A stretch of DNA of 64,000 nucleotides from positions 434,001 through 498,000 of the forward strand of contig MCFH01000037.1 in assembly GCA_002104945.1 (NCBI GenBank), in the 5' to 3' direction. Under the pieces are notes generated by a model. It did not search any database. It saw only the letters and a program-made list of their open reading frames with translations, and was not told where the DNA came from. Within the stretch, counting starts at the first letter, position 1. Each line of letters starts with the position of its first letter. Origin of the DNA: Piromyces finnis finn (Eukaryota; Fungi; Neocallimastigomycota). The position numbers and the translations under genes are program-made. Of the stretch, positions 34,077-49,996 are shown piece by piece.

Positions 34077-36026
34077 TTTTTTTACTTTAATATAAAAATA
34101 ATTAACATATTAATATTATATTTATATAATACTTTTATTTTATTTCATCTTTTATTTTAATAAACAAAATTTCTCTTTTTTTGTATTAATCCAAACTTTA
34201 TATACTTTTTATATTTTAACATAAAAATTGTTTTAACTTTAACATATAATATATTTTAAATATCTTTGAATATTAATAATTTTCTTCTTTATTTTATGTT
34301 AATAATTAATTCATTATTGAATTATTTCATTTTTTGTGAATAATCTTTTTTTATTATATCATCCCTATTTACTACTTTTTATTTCGTACCAGACCAAACA
34401 TTATTCAAAAATAAAAAGCTTTTTTTTATTAACGACATATACCTAATACTTCTGAAAAAAAATATTTAAAAATTTAAAACAAAAAAGATCCTAAAGTTTT
34501 ATAGATAGTTATTTTTTTCCTGTGTAGTGAGTAAAAAAAAAAAAAAAAAAAAGTTTTTTTTTTGTCTTTTTATAATTATTTTATAGGTATAATAATTTTA
34601 AAAAAATATATTAGTATATATTATAATATATGGGAGTATTATATTAAAAACTAATAAATATTATATTTATATAGAGAAAATAAAAATATTAAATTATTAA
34701 TTTATTCAAGTATATTATAATATATGTACCTAATATATATTGTTAAGATGTATATTATATATTTTAACTTTAATGAAATCAAAAAAAAATTGATAATATT
34801 TAATTTTAGTATCTTTAAAATGTGGGGAATAAATATTAATATATATTATTATTACTATTAAACAATATATTATATCTTATAATATTTTATATTGATTTAA
34901 TAAGATTTAATTGGCTCTTTCTATCAAAGCCTGGCAAAATATGTTTTTTTTTAATTTTTTTTTCTATAGAGTAATAGTTAGAAGTTTCATTAAAAAAAGT
35001 AATATAAGCATAATAATACCATAAAAATAAACATTCAATGAATAAATGAGGGGAAATTTTAGCTAACATATTAAATTTTGACAGTCAATTTTATTTATAT
35101 TTTTTAAAAAAATTGGAATTCTTTTGTTGAGATAAACCAAAAAAAAGTTCAACAATTAATGTATGCATTTTTACTATTTCTAATGTACATAAGAACGTGT
35201 ATATGTTTTTTTTTTTAATGAAATAGAAAATATTATAGTTTAATAAAAAAATTAATTTATAGTACAATTCAACAAATATTTTTATAAATATATATGTTAT
35301 ATTTTTATGAGATTAATAAGCTTACTATTTTATTTCTACAATATTAAAATTTACACATGAAGAAGAAGAAGAAAATGTTTTTTTTATAAAAGTATATGTC
35401 ATAAGAAGTTTGTGGTGGTAATTTTATTTTTGCTTTATTTTTTAAATATACTGCTACGTATACAATATTTTTTATTATTGTATTCTGTATATGTAGTAAA
35501 AATGTATTTTTTAGAAATTTTAGATAGTTTATCTTTAAAAAAAAAAATCTCCATTCAACTATTAAAAAAATATTAAAAAAAAATATTTGTACTATCAACT
35601 TATTGATGATTTGAAATTACAGTTAAAAATTTTTTTGATTAATTTAAATATTATAATAATGAAAAGTGAAAAAAAAAAAAAAAAAACACGAAAAACAAAC
35701 AAAATGCATGTTTTATGGGATAAATTAGTATTTTTATTAATGATTATAATTATTATTTTAATAATAAAAAATTGGTGGTGGAGATGTTTTTTTTTTCAAG
35801 TTTTTCCAAATGTTTAAATCATCATTATATCACATGATTTATATATATTAAAAGATAAACCATTCGTTTGATAATAGATAATGTTTATCAGAAATAAAAA
35901 AAATTAATTTATATAGAAATGTATCTATAAATGTTTTTTTTTTAAATTTTTACTTATTTAGAATAAGATATTTATTGGGTTTTATTTTGTTGTATTTTCT
36001 GTTGTAGTAGTTATGGATGGTTATAG

Positions 36027-36103
36027 AAAACTTGTAGTTATGGATAGTTTAAAGAAATAAAAAAAAAAAGTATTTCTTTAAACTATCCATAACTACAAGT
36101 TTT
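36027..36103. repeat. perfect 33-bp inverted repeat with 11-nt spacer
   Basis: 36027-36059 is the exact reverse complement of 36071-36103. Confidence 0.95.
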
Positions 36104-37716
36104 TATTATCATTATAACTATATATATTATATATATATTATTTTTGGAGGTGTATTACTTGCTTTTTAATATAATAAAAATAGGATGACTATCATAAAGG
36201 TGTTTAAAGTAGTTTTATTACATAATCTTCAAACCTTTCTAATACTTTTAAATATCTTTATATAAAATGAAAATACATCTATCCCTTTTTTTTTTTTTTT
36301 AAATATTGGGTACTTTTAACAGTATTTTTAAAGTCTTTACAAATTATTTTCTAGATATGAGAGAATAAATGTTTATAATTTATGTAGTTTTATATTTATC
36401 TACTGTAAGGTTTAACTATATATTTTTATATAATCATTATTATTTTAATAAATTATACTATCTATACACAGAATTAGAGGGAATGTTTTAGTAAATTAGT
36501 ATCATAATAGTTATTTTTTTTATTACTAAACGTAATACTTTACTAATTTTTAAATATACTTTTTTATATTGAAAAATTACTTTTAAAGCTATCTTTTCTT
36601 AATAAAAAATTTCTTTATAAAAAAATCCTAAAAATTTTTTTGTGTTACATTCTTTATAAAGTTTAAATTTTAATGAATCTAATGGAATACATGTATTTTA
36701 TAATTAAGAAATAACCTATTTTTATTTTTCACTTTTTCATAATAAAATATTTATGTTGTAAATATTATTGTAGTATTTCAAAGTATTTGATAATTATATA
36801 GATAGAAATAGTAAAAATACACAATTAATAAGTGAGTATTCATAAAAATAAACCCTTCCAATTATAAATTATATAATGCAATTTTCTAAAAAGAAGAAAT
36901 TTAGTATAAAAAATAAATTTCAAATTTAAAGTAATTTATGGTTTTTTATCATCATCACACACCTGAAACCTGAAATTATCGTTGCTTATATTCATGGATT
37001 TAAAATAAAATAAAAAAAAAAAATTGATTAAATTGTTTTTTTTTCTTCCTTAACACATTCTATTATCTATCCATCTATAATTATGTATATTTAAAAAATA
37101 CACACAATTAGAATGAGTTTAATCTATTTTTATTATTCAATTCAAATTAATAGATGAAATAAAATATAAATTCCACCCTTTTTTTATTGAATTAATAATA
37201 TTTATAAAAATCAATCTATTTAACAAAAAAGAGAAAAATAACATGTATTTATTGAATCATATTTAATAATTCTTATGCATTATTTAATAAAAGATATATT
37301 AGAAATTTATAATCAATACAAAATTAATAAAAAAGTATAAAAATCAAACTTATCACACCAAAATTCAAGATTAATATGAAAATGTATAAAAATCCAAAAT
37401 TTCAAAATTAATTACATTATAGTATGAAAAATATATAAATTTAATCTATTCAAAACACTTGTATCAAAATTTGTTATACCTATTTATATATACACCACAC
37501 AAAAATATATATACATTTTGTTTCGTCAATTTCTTCCTTTTTTTTTTTTTTAAATCATTCTTGAATATTAAATTTCTTTATTTTTTTTTTATAAATACAT
37601 TATAATTAAAATTATATATATAAATGAAAATAAGTTATAATATTAACAAATTTTATATATTAAAAATCAACATTAAAAAATTGTAAAATTAGATATATTT
37701 ATGAAAATACAATAAA

Positions 37717-38823
37717 ATGTCTTTTTCAATAAGTGATTTATTAGCAGATGCTGATTTTGAGCAACCACAAATAGCTATTGCTCAAGCAAGTCAAAATGAA
37801 GATCAAGTTGCTCTTTTTGATTCAGATACAGATTTAAGTGAAGATGAAATGGAAGAATTGACCCATTCCAATAAAAACTCAGCTGAAAATCAATTTTATA
37901 TACAAGATAAGATAGACCATCCTCAATTAAATATAGTAAAGGATTCAACAATGGATTCTCTTATAGAATTACTTCAAAAGAAAGAATTTAAAAATATAAT
38001 TGTAATGACTGGTGCTGGAGTATCAACAGCTGTAGGCATTCCAGATTTTCGTTCTCCTGAAACAGGTATATACAGTAATTTAGGAAAGTTTGATCTTCCT
38101 CATCCGGAAGATATGTTTGATATTGAATATTTTCTTTATAATCCACAACCATTTTATACTGTAATGAAGGATTTATTACCAAAAAAAGTAAAACCTTCCA
38201 AAACTCATTATTTTATTCGTCTTTTAGCCGATAAAGGTATTCTTCTTCGTCATTACACTCAAAATATTGATACATTGGAAAGAGTAGCAGGTGTACCTGA
38301 AGAATTATTAGTAGAATCTCATGGTTCTTTCCATACAGCTCATTGTGTTGGTATTAAAGATAAACCAGGTTGTCGTAAAGAATATTCTAGAGAATTCATT
38401 AGAGAAAAAGTTGCTGCCCAAGAAGTACCTTATTGTACTGAATGTGGTGGTTTAGTTAAACCTGATATTGTTTTCTTTGGTGAAGAACTTCCACAAAAAT
38501 TCTTTGATTGTTATTACGAAGATTTCCAAAAATGTGATTTACTTTTAGTTTTTGGTACTTCATTAAAGGTTCAACCTTTTTGTAATTTGATCGACTTTGC
38601 TAAAATTGATACCCCTCGTTGTTTAATAAATAATAAGTTAGCAGGTGTTACTGGTCATCCAAGAAAAGGTTTTGATTTTTCAGGTTCATTTCAAAAATAC
38701 AGAAGAGATGTATTTTATAAAGGAAATTGCGATGATGGTGCTGTAATTTTAGCAAAACATATGGGATTAGAAGAGGAATTAAATGAATTGGTTAATACAA
38801 GTGAACAAGAATTATCATTTTAA
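37717..38823 (+). CDS. NAD-dependent deacylase, class I sirtuin (Hst2/SIRT2-like), intronless
   Basis: GAGVSTAVGIPDFRS, YTQNIDTLER, HGSF, Cys4 zinc site, KPDIVFFGE, GTSLKVQPF. Confidence 0.95.
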   Translation: MSFSISDLLADADFEQPQIAIAQASQNEDQVALFDSDTDLSEDEMEELTHSNKNSAENQFYIQDKIDHPQLNIVKDSTMDSLIELLQKKEFKNIIVMTGAGVSTAVGIPDFRSPETGIYSNLGKFDLPHPEDMFDIEYFLYNPQPFYTVMKDLLPKKVKPSKTHYFIRLLADKGILLRHYTQNIDTLERVAGVPEELLVESHGSFHTAHCVGIKDKPGCRKEYSREFIREKVAAQEVPYCTECGGLVKPDIVFFGEELPQKFFDCYYEDFQKCDLLLVFGTSLKVQPFCNLIDFAKIDTPRCLINNKLAGVTGHPRKGFDFSGSFQKYRRDVFYKGNCDDGAVILAKHMGLEEELNELVNTSEQELSF

Positions 38824-39146
38824 AATGAAGAAAAAAAAAATTAAAACAAAAATACAATTATTAAAAAAAACTATTGAAAGAATAATATATAACATGCAAT
38901 TAAAATTAAAAAAAAAAAAAAAAAAAAAAAAATTAATTTCAATAGATTATTTTTTCCTTTTCTTATTAATTTCAATCTCTATGTCTATACCGCAGTATTA
39001 TAAAATATTACAGAATATTGATTATTATCAGAATCTATCTATATAAAAAAAATAATAATAAAAAAATAATAATATCAAAAAAAAAAAAATAAATACAAAA
39101 AATTCAAAAATTCAAAAAAAAAAAAAAATAAAGAAATGAGAATTAA

Positions 39147-39179
<33 letters not shown>

Positions 39180-39633
39180 TTGTATAAAAAAAAACTCTTG
39201 GTAAATTTTTTAATTTTGATGATTATATAGTTGCATTTTTATTATTTTTAAATTTGTTATTTTATAATTTTTTACTTAACAATTTAGTAAAAAAAAAAAA
39301 AAAAAAAAAATTTTTTTAATAGAATTATATAATTAAAATATAATTTAGATTTCTGTTGTATTATATAAACAGGTATTCTTGGCTTATTTTGATTTTTTAT
39401 GAATAATAGAAGTGATGATTAATTATTATATTTATGATAAAAAAAGATATTAATTTTCTTTCTTTCTTTTTTTTTTTTTTTTTTTTTAATATACAGTTGA
39501 ATAGATGTTTTATTGTTGACACGATTTGTTGTTGCTTTTTTTTTTATAATTGTAATTTTAAAACTTTTAGAAATGAAATGTATTTTGTATATTTATTGGT
39601 AAATATATTTATCTATTTTGAATATTAATAGGA

Positions 39634-39738
39634 TTAATAGGAAGCTAATTCATCAATTTCATCATCAGTATAACCTAATAAATAAAGAACATTCTTTAAA
39701 CTTCTTTGGTTAATACGTGCTGGGGCCTATTGATGTTA

Positions 39739-39770
<32 letters not shown>

Positions 39771-41982
39771 AAATATTTTAATATATTATTTATTTCAAAC
39801 TATTTATTCATAATAATTCAAAATTCATCTTACTTGTTGTTGAACACGTGGTTTTGCATTAAAAGCAATACCAAGACCAGCCTTTGATAACATGAATAAA
39901 TCATTAGCACCATCACCAACAGCAATAACTTGTTCAGAAGTAACGGATTCAGCTTGAGCAATAACATCTAATAATTCGGCCTTTCTAATACCATCAACAA
40001 TTGGACCATAGGTTTCACCAGTTAAAGTTAAGCCATCCTTTGAAACTCTTAACTATAAATTAGGATAAAATATAATGTTTTGATTAATAATAATAATGAT
40101 TTAATTTTAAAACTAATAGAAATCGACTATGGTAGAATTTTTTGTACTATCCTTATTAATTATTATTATTTTTTTATCATAAAAAACTTACTTGATTAGC
40201 GAAAGCGTAATCTAAACCTAATTCATGTTTAACATAAGTAGCTAATGGCATAAAACCACCAGAAATAACAGCAAGCTTGTAACCAAGACGTTTAAGGGAT
40301 TTACAAAGGAAATGAGCACCTTCAGTAAATGTTAATACCTTTTTAATATCATCTAAAACAGAAACTGGTGTTCCCTTTAAGAGAGCTACTCTTCTTCTTA
40401 AAGATTCCTTAAAGTCAATTTCACCATTCATTGCACTAGCAGTAATTTTCTATTTTGATTCATTATTTTTATAGTTATTATATACATATTAATAATATTG
40501 ACAAATGAATAGAAAATTAAAAAAAAATAAAAAGTGTATATTATTTTGTATGTATTTTTTAGATAAAAGTAGATTATTTCTATTAAATTAATTCCATCCC
40601 CAAATTACCTATTATTATCTTTTTTTTTTTTTTTTTAATTTTATTTATAATTCTTAGTTAAAATTCTATTTACTTACAGCAACTTCATCAACGACACCAG
40701 CGTGTTTAGCAATTTCATCAATAACTTCTTGTCTAATAAGGGTTGAATCCATATCAAATACAACAAGACGCTTATTCTTACGGAAGACATTCAAGTTTTG
40801 AAGAGCGACATCGGTACCATGTTGAGCACTTAATTGGAAAAGTCTTTGACGAAGATCGTCGAAATCAAGATCATTTGGAACACTTAAACTGAAATCAATA
40901 GAGTTAAGATGTTTATCCTTACTTAAACGATTCATCTTTTCAACAGAAATCTTAGTTTCTAATAAAAGTTTAGTCCAGTCATTGAGGAATTGAGAAGTAA
41001 GTCCGTTTTGGTTGAGAACAGTAGCAGTGTATTTCAAACGATTATCATATGGAGCTTCGTCTAATAAATGTTTAATTTTTTCTCTTTCATCTTGAATTTG
41101 GAATGAAAGAACGGCATCCCATTTTCTTGCATTTTCACTTAAATGGTTGAAAATGTCAACACTTTCATCAGAAAGGCGTACTAAAACACCAAATGTAACA
41201 TTGTGATAAAGACGAGATAACATGAAATCTATAATAGTACAATTGAATTTTGCCATTGATTCTAAAACACAACCAATAATATCAGTACCATGCTTACCGG
41301 AAAGTTGAATAAGAATATTATGTTGGGGCATGATAGATGAAGGTGGAATAAAAACTTGATCTAATTTTGTAAGAATGGAAGGCATAGTGAGAAGTGGGGC
41401 ACTTTTTTCTTCTGGAGTGGTGGTAGTGTCAGTACCACTAAGTTTGTCCATTAAATTATGCTTAATAGTACTTAATTCTTCTGAATGATAAAATGGAAGA
41501 TAAACTAAACGGAACATGTAAGGTTCTGAAAGTTTTAAACCAGAATGTCTATCTAACTTTTTCATAATTTTAACAATACCAGTGTAATTTAACATAATGA
41601 ATTGTTCCAAAGTAATAATTTTCTTGAGTAAACTTTTACAAGTAACTAGATCATTTGTTTTATTAATATTTTGGTATTCTTCTGTAATACTTTTAACATT
41701 TCTATCAAAGAATCCAGAAAGTTTTTCAACTTCCTCATCCAATGTTTTTATAAAAATAGATGTATTATTTTGAAGTTTACCAAGTCTAAAACTAAGGTCA
41801 CTAGCAAAATCAAGTTCGTTATTTTCTGGTTTCCATTTCATTTTTTCTGGTGAAAAATGAATAGAATATGAAGCAATATCAGTTTTAATGTATTGTTTTA
41901 ATTTATTATAATTAATAAAATATTCCTTCCATTCTGCTGATGCTTCCTTTTGTTTTTGCAATAAATGATTACCGAATTTCAT
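39634..41982 (-). CDS. SPX-ACT-ACT-phosphoserine phosphatase (SerB-type) fusion, 4 exons, 624 aa
   Basis: Exons 41982-40678, 40449-40192, 40052-39834 and 39726-39634, all phase 0. SPX: MKFG, YFINYNKLKQYIK, NYTGIVKIMKKLD. HAD/PSP: FDMDSTL, ISGGF, AVGDGANDL, GIAFNAKP. Confidence 0.92.
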
Positions 41983-42903
41983 TTTGTTTTATATATTTTA
42001 CTTTTTCAATAAAATAAAATATATATAATAATATTTTTTTTTTAAAAAAAATAATAAAAAAAAAAAATTATTTTTAAAACTTTAGTTAATATTTAAAATA
42101 AAAAAAATGCTTTTTTAAATATAATAAAATGGTAATAAATTAAATGGTATTAATTTATGTGAAATCAACAATAATTTTAATCGATAATAAATAAAAAATA
42201 GTTTTGAAATATTTTTTTTTACGTAATTTAAGCCATAAAAGTTAGGATTCATAACTAATAAATTGATGTTAAAAATAGTATTATTATTATTATTATTATT
42301 ATTTAAAACTTATTATTTTAAAACTAATTTTTATGTAATTCTTCTTTTTCTTATTATTATTATATTAATTCTCTTATGTAATTCTTCTTATTATTATATA
42401 TACTCTTTCTATATTATATTCTTTATAATTATTTATTAATGTTCAATCAGTACAATCATGGATGATTAACATAATATTCATATTTTGAACTTTTTTAAAT
42501 TTATTCCACTTAACTAAATTTATTGATTTAATACTTCATAATCACATGTTAATTTCATATTTCAATTTATTGTGGGTTATTTTTTTTGGTATAACAAAAA
42601 ATAAAAAAAAAAATAAAATTTTATCTATAACCGTAAGCAATAACAACTATTATAACAATAATTAAAGTAAAAAAAAAAAAAAAAAAGAATTAAAACAAAC
42701 GTAGAAATAATAAACTTTTATATATAAAATAATTTATTTATAACTATGTTTTTACAAAATATTATAGATCAATATATTGGTTTCACAAATATAAATTAGA
42801 TAAAATACCAAAATTTTTATCGTCTAGTTTGTGAATGAGAAATATACATATAAAAAATAAGCTTATTATTCATATAGTCATTATTTTTTCTTCTTTCAAA
42901 TCA

Positions 42904-46364
<3,461 letters not shown>

Positions 46365-47146
46365 TGTTATTATTTTAAGTATTTAAAATGATTTCTTTTA
46401 TTGTTTCCAATATAGGTAGTTAAATTATTATTTTTCTATTATATATAATGTTTTCTTTTTTATATGTTACTTTTGATTTGTAATAATTTATTATTCTTTT
46501 TTATTTTTTTGTTAAAAAAAGTAAAATGGTTTCTTTCTTTTTTTTTTTTTTTTTTACTCGATTATTATATCCTAGGAGATTTATAAAAAATTAAAATTAT
46601 TATAAAATGTATTCAATATAAGACGTTTCTTTCTCTCTCTTTTTTTTCTTTCTTTATACTGGACTAATGAAAAATTTATTTCCCATTCATTCATTAATTA
46701 AACTTTATAAAATTTGAATTATTTAAATTTAAATAATTATATAAATATATATAAAGTAATTTGTATACCAACTATGTGTTCAAATTTAATACTATTCTAT
46801 AAGTAATTCTATATAGTTTATTTTATTTTCATGAATTATCTAATAAACCTAATTATTAATTAACACTAATAATCTTATTTAGTATTTTAAGTAAGATAAT
46901 TAATTTAATATATATTATTTAATAATAATTTAATATTAATTTTAACTTTTTATTCAATTTCAAAAAAAAAAAAAATTCTAAATTAAAATTTTAGTACTAC
47001 CTTTCTAATGAATAATATTTTCAATTTATTTTTTTTTAATTTTTTTTTTCCCTAAATTGATGTTAAATTATTGGTATCAAAAGATGTTTATAAAAAGTTT
47101 TTAATAAAAAAAAATAAAACCAAGATTTCTAAATATATAATAAATA

Positions 47147-48784
47147 ATGTCAAATATAGTAGAATTATTTCATAAACTAGAGTGTATTCCTTGGGAATAT
47201 ATTGAAGTTGAAAATGAAAATGAATACAAGGAAATTTCATCCGTAAAGATAAAACAGGAAAATGATATAGAATTTCAAGAAAGTAATGAAAATATAAAGG
47301 ATGATAAAAAACCGACAATAGTTAATTCCGTAAACGAATGTCAAAATAAAAAACCAAAAAAGAATAATTCTTTTGAAGAAAAAATAAAATCAATTAAAAC
47401 AATAACAAATTTCTCAAATTCATTAAATTTCAAAAATAATTCTAATTCCAATATAGTAAATAACAACAACAACAACAACAATAATAACAATTCAAATTTA
47501 AATTTAACTATATTACCTCTAACATTATTATCACAAAATATTCCAAATACTACTTTCAATGATAATGATAATAATCTAGAATTTTCAAATTCCAAAATTT
47601 CAATTCCAAATTCTAATTCCAATGTAAAACTTGAATCAATTTCAAAAAATAATTTTATAAGAAATGTCAACAACAAAAGTTTTTATATAAAATACCATTT
47701 TAACGGCGATAATAATACTTATTTATTTATGATAACAGATATGAAGAATATTTGGTATGAATATATAGATAGTGAAGAGGCTATAAATATTAAAAAAAAG
47801 GTTAGTTTTTTTGTTATAGGAATAAAGGAAGGAAATAAATGGAAAACATGTTATATCTCAAAATTAATTAATAATATTAATATGTAAATGAAAAAGGTAG
47901 ATATATTAATTATTATATATTATAATATATAATACTAATAGAAAAATGCAGTTAATTTTGAAACCCAAAACAATTTAATAGATTTAATACATAATAGTAT
48001 TAAAAGTAAAGATGTAAATTCATTCTTCAAAATAAGTCAATATAATAATGACAAACAATATCTATGTGTAAGATTAAGTGTTCCATATATGTATGTTACT
48101 TTTAATTGGGATTTTGAATGTTCTTTGTTATCAGGAAAAATGACTTTGCCAGTAATTAAAAAAGAAAACCAGGAAAGAAAAAGTATATATTATTGATATA
48201 AATAAAAAGAGCATATACTTTTAGTTAAAAAAAATAGTATTTATAAAAAAACCCATCTATATTATTTATAAAAAATATAAAGTTTTTTTTTAATAATATA
48301 AAATAATTAATAATAAATATTTAATTTTAGATGATTTGGTGGCAAAGTTAGATGGATCAAAAATTTTTTATGAACATCTTACATTACCCATGACTTTAAT
48401 GATTTCCGAGTTACATCGTAGAATTCAAAGATATGAAGAAGTAATTATGAAAAAAGAAAAGAATATTAAAATACTATATGACCAATTACTATTATTAGAA
48501 GAAACACCTCCAAAAAGTAAATATTATGATATAAGTTGAAAAATTCAATAATCGTTTAATATTTATATTATATTATTTTATTATAAAGGATTTAAAATGG
48601 AAGAGTTTAATAAAAAAATATTTGATGATGAACTACGATATTCGATGGATATAAATTCAAGTGAGCAAACAGTTTTTACACAAGAAGATTTAGTAGATAT
48701 ATATAAGCAAGTTACAACTACAGTTTTATCTAAGACATACCCTAATTTATTAAATGGTAATTTATATAATAATTAAAAATAATC

Positions 48785-48815
<31 letters not shown>

Positions 48816-49313
48816 CATTTTAAATATATATTGATTTTATGTTAATATTAATAAATAAAACATATTAAATATAGATGAAAATAATAATATAACAAATAAT
48901 GAAAGATTATCACTTATACCAACATTATTAACCGAATCGAATGAACTTAAAGCGAAAGAAACAATACCAAATAATTTACAATCAAATAATATAAATTCAT
49001 TTTCATCCCTTTCATATAACGATTCAAATGAAATACCACCTCAAGATGATGAAGATAATAACAATCAAAGTTTATTGGAAGAGTTAGAAAAAGAAAAAAA
49101 TCAAGAGGTAATTATATATATATATATATACATATATTATTGAAGAAATTTTAATTATTAATCCATTTCATTTTATTTATATTACTTTAATAAATGTTTA
49201 AAAATAAATGATAGGCAATTAATAATATAATGAAAAATAAAAGAAATAAAATTGAGACTATAATAAATAAGAAAAAAGATAAAAAGAAAGTAAAAAAGAG
49301 AAAATTAGTTTAG
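47147..49313 (+). CDS. XLF/Cernunnos (NHEJ1/Nej1)-like protein, about 6 exons
   Basis: LECIPWEYI (cf. XLF LMQPWAWL), YLFMITDMKNIWYEYID, FNWDFEC, FYEHLTLPMTLMISELHRRIQRYEEVIMKKEKNI, FKMEEFN, basic C-terminus KKVKKRKLV*. Confidence 0.75.
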
Positions 49314-49996
49314 TCATTATATATATATATATGAAAAACAGTAATATTAATAACCTTTTTAATACAATCATCAAAATAAAAAAAAAAAAAGTTAAAATGA
49401 AAAGCAACAAAGCTTAAATAAAGATAAAAAAAAAAAAAAAATAAAACTAATTAAATAAAAAGAAACATTACAATTTTCCATAAAACTAATAAACAAAAGG
49501 GAATAATTATTCATTCATTTATGTATTTGTTTATCCATTATATAGAGATCTGCAAAAAATCTCATATATACTTAATAGTTTAATTTGAATAAATATTATA
49601 ATTATTATTATTATTTTTTATAATTTAATTTTAAATGTGATTTTTTTTTTTATTTTAAATTTTATTTATTCATTATTATTTTAAAGTAACAACAATGACA
49701 AAAACAAATTACATAAAACAAAAAAGGATAGATTAGTTTAAAGACTAAGTAATTAATAAAATGAATTAAATTGAATAAAATATTTTAAATGTAATAACAC
49801 CATAAATATATTAATGTGATGATAATTATTATAAAAAAAAAAAAGAGTGTAACAAAACTGATTGAAGAATTATTTTTCATGATTTGATTTTTTTTTTTTT
49901 TAAAAGATATTTTATCTTTTCATTCATACATTTATATAGAATTTTTTATAACCCCTATCTATTTTATTTTTTAATATCTAATTTTTTTTTTTTATT

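Noticed and set aside
34100-37700. Short ORFs in the long intergenic region (34887, 35344, 35587)
   Set aside because: Low-complexity F/I/K/N translations of AT-rich sequence, with no splice-consistent gene model found.
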